The notes beneath the pieces are model-generated. The model was not told the DNA's origin, ran no database searches, and saw only the letters and a program-made list of their open reading frames with translations. Source: a virus. From it: a stretch of 64,000 nucleotides of DNA. Where the stretch lies: the IMG/VR virus record IMGVR_UViG_3300045988_177198. One strand, written 5' to 3'. A program made the translations under genes and the position numbers. Within the stretch, counting starts at the first letter, position 1, and every line of letters starts with the position of its first letter. This document shows positions 59,159 to 64,000 of the stretch, one piece after another.

Positions 59159-59404
59159 ATGGCCTTAAAAGAACTTCCCTATCAAGACGGAATCAACTGG
59201 AAAGAATTCGAAGGCAAGTCCGCGATATTCAAATGGAACGGCAAACCCATGGCCGGAACCCTCTACTTGGACGGTTTCAGCAATCTCGCAGTTCGTGAAC
59301 TGTCCGGTTACATGCCGGTCTTATATATTTGGCCGGATGATACGAGTCATGTCAACGTCGAGCGTGTGACGGATTTTCATGTGTTCGAGTTCGTTGAGGA
59401 TTAG
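59159..59404 (+). CDS. hypothetical small protein
   Basis: 81 aa. Confidence 0.45.
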   Translation: MALKELPYQDGINWKEFEGKSAIFKWNGKPMAGTLYLDGFSNLAVRELSGYMPVLYIWPDDTSHVNVERVTDFHVFEFVED

Positions 59405-59834
59405 TGTAGTTCGGGACGCTGGCACTGCGGCTTCTATTCCCATTCCGGGGACAATCCGAACGTATTATCCCGGCTTCGATATTTGGTTCGACCGCACGGT
59501 TCTCCCCTCATTGGGGGAAGACCGTGTGATTCTTTTAGCCTATATAGACGGTGAGTTGGCGGGGTTTTGCGTTCTCAAGAGAAATCCGTCTGAACGGAAG
59601 ATTTGCACTTTGTATGTCTACGAGGGTTTTCGGAGTCGAGGGGTTGGTTCCACGCTGGTCGAATATGCATTGAAATCGCTGGATGAACGGTTCCCTCTGG
59701 TGACAGTGCCGGAAGAGTTGTTGCCGATGTATGAGGGTTTCTTCCGTCGTTTTGATTTTCGTCTGTCCGTCTCTCGTGTGGGTTTGTATCGGGTTGGGAA
59801 GAGGGAGTTCTTTTTTAACGGGACGCTGGCTTAG
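59379..59834 (+). CDS. GNAT-family N-acetyltransferase
   Basis: Acetyl-CoA binding motif 'RSRGVGSTLVEYAL' and flanking GNAT pattern; start uncertain. Confidence 0.6.
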   Translation: MCSSSLRISVVRDAGTAASIPIPGTIRTYYPGFDIWFDRTVLPSLGEDRVILLAYIDGELAGFCVLKRNPSERKICTLYVYEGFRSRGVGSTLVEYALKSLDERFPLVTVPEELLPMYEGFFRRFDFRLSVSRVGLYRVGKREFFFNGTLA

Positions 59835-59867
59835 GTTTGCGTGTTGCGTTTTTCTACCCCCTTGTGT

Positions 59868-59888
59868 TATAGTGGGATTGTTCACAAC
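59868..59888 (+). promoter_or_regulatory. conserved element copy 12 (TATAGTGGGATTGTTCACAAC)
   Basis: Upstream of 59923. Confidence 0.5.
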
Positions 59889-59922
59889 AAAAACAAAGAC
59901 AAAACCCAAAAAGGAGGACGCA

Positions 59923-60294
59923 TTGAATCAAGCAACTAAATTCGGCAAACGAATCCTCTTCGATGACCACCCAACTCGCGCGGTATTCGACACCAAGGAA
60001 CTGCCAACATATGACTCCTATGCGCTCTACCGCGTATGCCTTCGTTCTTGGCAACGGCATTCCTGCCGACCGGGAACCGAGGATACTCCCATGTTCGACG
60101 TGATATGCCCGGCAAGATGGTGCCGTTGGATTGCTCACGTCAGCATTCTGAACTATTTGGACGGCATAAGCTGGTTGGCTTGGCCGGTGGAAGGTGGTGT
60201 CAGTTGGCGGCATAGGACAATCGACCCTTATTCCGTCCACTATTCCGCCGATACCCATATTCCGGTAATCGACTTGCGCGAAAGCGAAGAATAG
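59923..60294 (+). CDS. hypothetical protein (Trp/Cys-rich)
   Basis: TTG start 5 nt after AGGAGG; promoter element upstream. Confidence 0.4.
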   Translation: MNQATKFGKRILFDDHPTRAVFDTKELPTYDSYALYRVCLRSWQRHSCRPGTEDTPMFDVICPARWCRWIAHVSILNYLDGISWLAWPVEGGVSWRHRTIDPYSVHYSADTHIPVIDLRESEE

Positions 60295-60302
60295 GAGAGA
60301 AC

Positions 60303-60698
60303 ATGTCCGACAATCAGAACACGCCTCGATTCTCGACCATAGGCGTCACCTACACGAAGCATCAGAACAATGCGGCGCTTAGCATGAGTTCCGCCGAAGA
60401 TTCGACCATGCGCCGACTGGGGTTCACCGACCACCGTGAGGGGTATTGGTACCTCTGCCGTTCAGTCTCCCCCGACCATGACATGACATTGAATGTCGAG
60501 ATTGCCAAGGACGGTAGCGACTGGCAGATTGACGTGTTGGACGAGAACTTCTGCCAACCCTACGACTACCAGTATTTACTCAACGTGAACCCGACGTTGG
60601 ATTATCCCAACAAGGTGGCTGACGAATGCGAGAAATGGTTCCGGAAACTATCCGAATGGGGTTTGCTACACGGCTGGCATGAGGGAATGTACGTCTGA
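60303..60698 (+). CDS. hypothetical protein
   Basis: 131 aa. Confidence 0.45.
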   Translation: MSDNQNTPRFSTIGVTYTKHQNNAALSMSSAEDSTMRRLGFTDHREGYWYLCRSVSPDHDMTLNVEIAKDGSDWQIDVLDENFCQPYDYQYLLNVNPTLDYPNKVADECEKWFRKLSEWGLLHGWHEGMYV

Positions 60699-60723
60699 AA
60701 AAACAGAAAGGAAAAACAAAAAA

Positions 60724-60993
60724 ATGAGCATTCTCAACGAAGAACTGGAAGAACGGTATCCCATCGAGGAAGGAGACTTCATCACGCTCACACGGGAGCA
60801 GTTGGCGTTGCAGTTGCGTCGCGCATACAAGGCGGGTGCGACCCGCGACTATAAGCGCACTCCGCACGGGCATACGGAACTGTTGAAGATTATCGGAACC
60901 CTCCAAGACTCCCACCTATTGCCTGACGGCACGGACTTCGAGGATGTCGTGAGAACGGTTCTGGACGGGCGTGTCAAGGCCATCACCAAATAG
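60724..60993 (+). CDS. hypothetical small protein
   Basis: 89 aa. Confidence 0.4.
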   Translation: MSILNEELEERYPIEEGDFITLTREQLALQLRRAYKAGATRDYKRTPHGHTELLKIIGTLQDSHLLPDGTDFEDVVRTVLDGRVKAITK

Positions 60994-60997
60994 GCGT

Positions 60998-61018
60998 TAT
61001 ACTAGAAACGTCCACACA
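60998..61018 (+). promoter_or_regulatory. conserved element copy 13 (TATACTAGAAACGTCCACACA)
   Basis: Upstream of exonuclease gene 61044. Confidence 0.5.
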
Positions 61019-61043
61019 TTCAATTACCCGAGGAGACCACACC

Positions 61044-61628
61044 ATGAGCTGGGACAAATACCAAAGTCGAGACCCCAGAAGAATCGACCCAATGAAAACA
61101 CCACTCTACGATTACGTGGTCTTGGATACCGAAACCACCGGTTTCAAACCTGAAAACGGGGCTAAACTCATTGAAATCGGAGCCGTGAAAATCCATGACG
61201 GAAAACTCGTAGACCGATACGAGCAACTGATTGACCCACACCAGCCAATCCCCGAATACATCACCTCGCTCACCGGAATCAACGACAGTATGGTCGTCGG
61301 ACAACCCGACGTAAGCCAAGCCATCATCCGATTCGACAAGTGGATTGGCCCGCGAACCATCATCATGGCGCATAACGCGTCATTCGATTTGAGTTTCTTG
61401 GACGCGGCCATGAAAACCGTGAACGGTGGAATGTTCTTCTTCCCGCACCGGTTCGTGGACACGTTGGAAATGAGTCGGAAAATCCATCCCGAAAAGCCGA
61501 GCCATAAGGTTGCCGTGCTTATCCGCGACTATGGTATCGGTGACGTGGAGGAGCATCGTGCCTTGTCTGACGCGACTCAGGAGAACATGCTGTATGAGGC
61601 TATGCGTAGAGAGGAGTTTGGACGCTGA
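61044..61628 (+). CDS. DnaQ-like (DEDDh) 3'-5' exonuclease
   Basis: Exo I 'VLDTETTG', Exo II 'HNASFDLSFL', Exo III 'HRALSDA'. Confidence 0.8.
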   Translation: MSWDKYQSRDPRRIDPMKTPLYDYVVLDTETTGFKPENGAKLIEIGAVKIHDGKLVDRYEQLIDPHQPIPEYITSLTGINDSMVVGQPDVSQAIIRFDKWIGPRTIIMAHNASFDLSFLDAAMKTVNGGMFFFPHRFVDTLEMSRKIHPEKPSHKVAVLIRDYGIGDVEEHRALSDATQENMLYEAMRREEFGR

Positions 61629-61883
61629 ATGGGGTATGAGGACATGTTCAATCCCGAATGCAGGGACTATCTGAAATCACGCAAGCCGTCGCAACGGGAG
61701 CGGGAGATAGCGAAGCTTGAGAAACAAGCCGACAACAAGCACGACATGTATGGCGACAAAAGCTATGCGGTTTCTGGCGAGGTTGCGGCTATCTACGAAA
61801 ATCAGCAAGCGTTGCGACTGCGGTTGGAAAGCATCGAAGAAAAACTGGACAAACTGCTGGAAACCAGAGAGGAACAGTCGTGA
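61629..61883 (+). CDS. hypothetical coiled-coil small protein
   Basis: 84 aa. Confidence 0.4.
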   Translation: MGYEDMFNPECRDYLKSRKPSQREREIAKLEKQADNKHDMYGDKSYAVSGEVAAIYENQQALRLRLESIEEKLDKLLETREEQS

Positions 61884-62449
61884 AGAATCTGCTCACCTGC
61901 CCATGTTGCAGTGGAACCCCGAAATTCAGATATCAGGCCAAAAACGAAATGTGCGGAATGTGGGACGGGTACCTACTCTACCGACCTAAAGGCTGGGAAT
62001 ACTCCCACCTATGTCTGGATGAACACGGATTGCAAACGACTGGAGGAAACGGATTCGCAACACTGCACGAGGCAGAACGCGACTGGCAATACAAGGTAGG
62101 AAGCTTCCTGCGGAACCCGATGAACAGTTTCCACCCGTTCATCGAAACCGGCGCTGAACTAGTGACCAAATTGGATGATTATCTCGTCGGAGAACGATTG
62201 CATCTTGGCGACAAGGTAACATTGAGTCGGCGTTCCATGACCGTTCGTGGCGTTGTGCAGTTCATCCAACGGACTTCCGTCGGGGAAATCAGTATCATTC
62301 TCCGTGACACGGATACCATCAAGTTCGTGATTTACACTCCGGTCAGGGAGCGCCGAAAGTACATGTTCTCCTATCATGTCGAAAGGCGGCTTCATTGGAC
62401 AAAAAAGCCGAAAGGCTCCTCTGTGACGCGTACCATCGCGGGCGCTTAG
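61880..62449 (+). CDS. hypothetical protein with N-terminal CxCC zinc-ribbon-like motif
   Basis: 189 aa, 'CPCCSGTPKF'. Confidence 0.45.
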   Translation: MKNLLTCPCCSGTPKFRYQAKNEMCGMWDGYLLYRPKGWEYSHLCLDEHGLQTTGGNGFATLHEAERDWQYKVGSFLRNPMNSFHPFIETGAELVTKLDDYLVGERLHLGDKVTLSRRSMTVRGVVQFIQRTSVGEISIILRDTDTIKFVIYTPVRERRKYMFSYHVERRLHWTKKPKGSSVTRTIAGA

Positions 62450-62627
62450 CGGAGGTTGACGAAAATAATCTGGATGCGGCTGTGTCCCTTATCGATAGCA
62501 GGTATGCCGACTGTTGGTGTACCTTGTTGGGGCATGAAGCCATCAGAGCGACCGGCCATGGGTTTGGTGTCGCACGGAAGCTGGAGTTGGATTGCTGAGT
62601 TTTCAGCATTTTCCAAATCTTTATTGT

Positions 62628-62649
62628 TATACTGGAACAGTGGGCACAA
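62628..62649 (+). promoter_or_regulatory. conserved element copy 14 (TATACTGGAACAGTGGGCACAA) with leader hairpin
   Basis: Upstream of 62689 micro-ORF. Confidence 0.45.
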
Positions 62650-62688
62650 TACTGTGCTCGCTGTTTTTCTTTTTTAGAAGGAGTCGAA

Positions 62689-62790
62689 ATGGCCCAGCAT
62701 AGTAACAAAAGCCGCAAGAACAAGAAGGTCGTGGTCATCGAGAAGGTGCGGGACAAGTATGGTTCCGTTATCGCTTTGAAGAGGGGGTAG
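62689..62790 (+). CDS. 33-aa basic micro-ORF behind leader hairpin
   Basis: GAAGGAG RBS; preceded by promoter element and a gcaca-atac-tgtgc hairpin plus T-run. Confidence 0.25.
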   Translation: MAQHSNKSRKNKKVVVIEKVRDKYGSVIALKRG

Positions 62791-62814
62791 TTGTCCTCTT
62801 TGAGAGGTTTATGT

Positions 62815-62835
62815 TATACTGGGGGTGTTCACATA
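62815..62835 (+). promoter_or_regulatory. conserved element copy 15 (TATACTGGGGGTGTTCACATA)
   Basis: Upstream of 62863. Confidence 0.5.
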
Positions 62836-62862
62836 AAAACCATTCCAAAAAAGGAGAACACC

Positions 62863-63195
62863 ATGAAAAACATCGACCCATACGAACTCAGGCACGCTAC
62901 CTACAACGACAATCGCGTGAAAGACCAGAAAATCCTCTCCACCCTATGCCCAGAAGACACGCTCCTCCTTCAGCTAGGCGACAAGAAGGGCAAGACCGTA
63001 GGAATCGTCATCATCAACATTCCGGACGACCACCCCGACACTGCTCTTTATACGCTCTACCTTTCGCTGGAAGACATGGAATACAACGACGAATACTCAC
63101 ACGGCCACTACGACTTCTCCGAAGACGACGACTACGAAAAAGGCGCTCGAAGCCTCGTAACCGACTGCATGAACGACCTCGAACTGGAACAGTAA
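62863..63195 (+). CDS. hypothetical acidic protein
   Basis: Start at Met 25 of track ORF (AAAAGGAG RBS). Confidence 0.45.
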   Translation: MKNIDPYELRHATYNDNRVKDQKILSTLCPEDTLLLQLGDKKGKTVGIVIINIPDDHPDTALYTLYLSLEDMEYNDEYSHGHYDFSEDDDYEKGARSLVTDCMNDLELEQ

Positions 63196-63210
63196 GAGAG
63201 GACGGACATC

Positions 63211-63837
63211 ATGCACAGCTTATACAAGACCGCAGGTAAATGCACTCTGAACCGAAGCAAAGTCCGCTACCCCAACAAAAGGGAAGCCCAACTCGCATTG
63301 GCCGTCATCAAAGGACGAGGAAACCCGAAACACACTGAGAAACGCGCATACCATTGCCCCATATGCCACGGATGGCATCTGACCAGCGCCGAAACCGTTA
63401 ATGATACAGTCCTTTCCGGGAGCGTGCTCCAACACACCAATCCAGACGCGTTCGACACAGGAATGAAAGCGTTCCTCTCTGGTTCCAAACGCGGCAAATA
63501 TTCCGCAAGCAAAGCCAGCCTGACCCGACGTGTCCGACATTTGCTCCACTTGTTCGCGGCCAACGATATTCCGAATGACTCTTGGGACAATCCATGGTTG
63601 TGGGCAACTCTTAGATTCCAAATCATGTGGAGGGGCGGAGACCAGAAGGCCGAACAGCTTCTATCCACTTCGAAAAAAACGGTCAAAATGGCGGGCGACA
63701 TGCTCACCGAAGACAAGGAGCCGTTCCTTCGCGTGGCTGAAACCCGGAAGGAAGCACAAAAATTACAGAATACACCACTACCGGCATGGTTGGCCGTCGC
63801 ACTGATGGCCGACAAGGGAAAGGAGCAGAAAGTTTGA
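63211..63837 (+). CDS. hypothetical protein with CxxC...CxxC motif
   Basis: 208 aa, 'HCPICHGWH'. Confidence 0.45.
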   Translation: MHSLYKTAGKCTLNRSKVRYPNKREAQLALAVIKGRGNPKHTEKRAYHCPICHGWHLTSAETVNDTVLSGSVLQHTNPDAFDTGMKAFLSGSKRGKYSASKASLTRRVRHLLHLFAANDIPNDSWDNPWLWATLRFQIMWRGGDQKAEQLLSTSKKTVKMAGDMLTEDKEPFLRVAETRKEAQKLQNTPLPAWLAVALMADKGKEQKV

Positions 63838-64000
63838 ACGAAAACGAACTGAAAGAAAGGGCCGTCCACTCATTGCTCCAATCGAAGCTTGGTAAAGTCG
63901 CTCCGGCGGAAGCGTTTGTCATCGGATGGCGGAAAGGCTGGGACGAGGCTATCGACATGGCTTTGGAAATCGTTCGCAATGAACTCGATAAAGATGGCGA
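63834..64000 (+). CDS. hypothetical protein (3' truncated by window end)
   Basis: Open frame continuing past the window. Confidence 0.3.
   Translation, partial: MNENELKERAVHSLLQSKLGKVAPAEAFVIGWRKGWDEAIDMALEIVRNELDKDG

Noticed and set aside
62395-62598. 67-aa plus-strand ORF overlapping the 3' end of 61880..62449 by 55 nt
   Set aside because: Internal out-of-frame start without RBS; probably spurious

Overview
This is a high-GC (~57-60%) Gram-positive, Actinomycetota/Bifidobacterium-like window that reads as part of a large conjugative plasmid or integrated plasmid-like element, not core chromosome.

Left to right, the window contains:
- 1-5600 (minus strand): a block of hypothetical genes, including a secreted/membrane DUF1524/HNH-like nuclease and a membrane protein with a Ser/Asp-rich acidic tail.
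- ~5870-8800: an iteron-type replication origin (AT-rich tract plus 4 x 22-bp direct repeats) immediately upstream of a Rep gene, then a ParA partition ATPase with a small partner ORF and palindromic sites.
- 8794-19762 (minus): a Gram-positive T4SS-like transfer module. It holds small membrane proteins, a 1318-aa VirB6/TrbL-like polytopic protein, an 886-aa P-loop T4SS ATPase and a CpaE/ParA-like ATPase.
- 19763-20699: a ~0.9-kb low-GC, A-depleted non-coding spacer.
- ~20700-26460: hypothetical genes, an AAA ATPase and a tandem pair of paralogous small proteins.
- 26453-31393: a plus-strand maintenance block with a ParB/DGQHR-domain protein, replicative helicase DnaB and a flotillin (SPFH) protein.
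- 31573-39731: a sortase-dependent pilus operon. It encodes a major pilin with an E-box, a class C sortase and a 1796-aa tip adhesin with RCC1-like propeller and SdrD-B/CnaB-like domains. Both substrates carry an unusual MPxTG sorting motif.
- 39743-42911: a complete diversity-generating retroelement (DGR), joined directly to the pilus operon. Its parts are a secreted target gene whose 3' variable repeat (VR) differs from the downstream template repeat (TR) only at TR adenines, GC hairpins after VR, an Avd-like ORF, the TR and a DGR-type reverse transcriptase (YMDD, QTSQ motifs).
- 44903-46060: an AAA-type ATP-binding protein.
- 46290-64000: an array of at least 25 mostly small plus-strand genes arranged as insulated monocistronic units. 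At least 15 units carry the same ~21-bp promoter/leader element (TATACTGGAATTGTTCACACA) 35-60 bp upstream of an AGGAG-type RBS.

The array includes DnaQ-type exonuclease, GNAT, HEAT-repeat paralogues, an excisionase-type HTH and RHH pair, and many ORFan proteins. It is interrupted by an IS200/IS605-family TnpB element. I suspect it is an establishment or anti-defence (leading-region-like) island under one shared operator. No rRNA, tRNA or CRISPR was detected. No relaxase was recognised in the window.

Coordinates not taken from the ORF track may be off by 1-2 nt.
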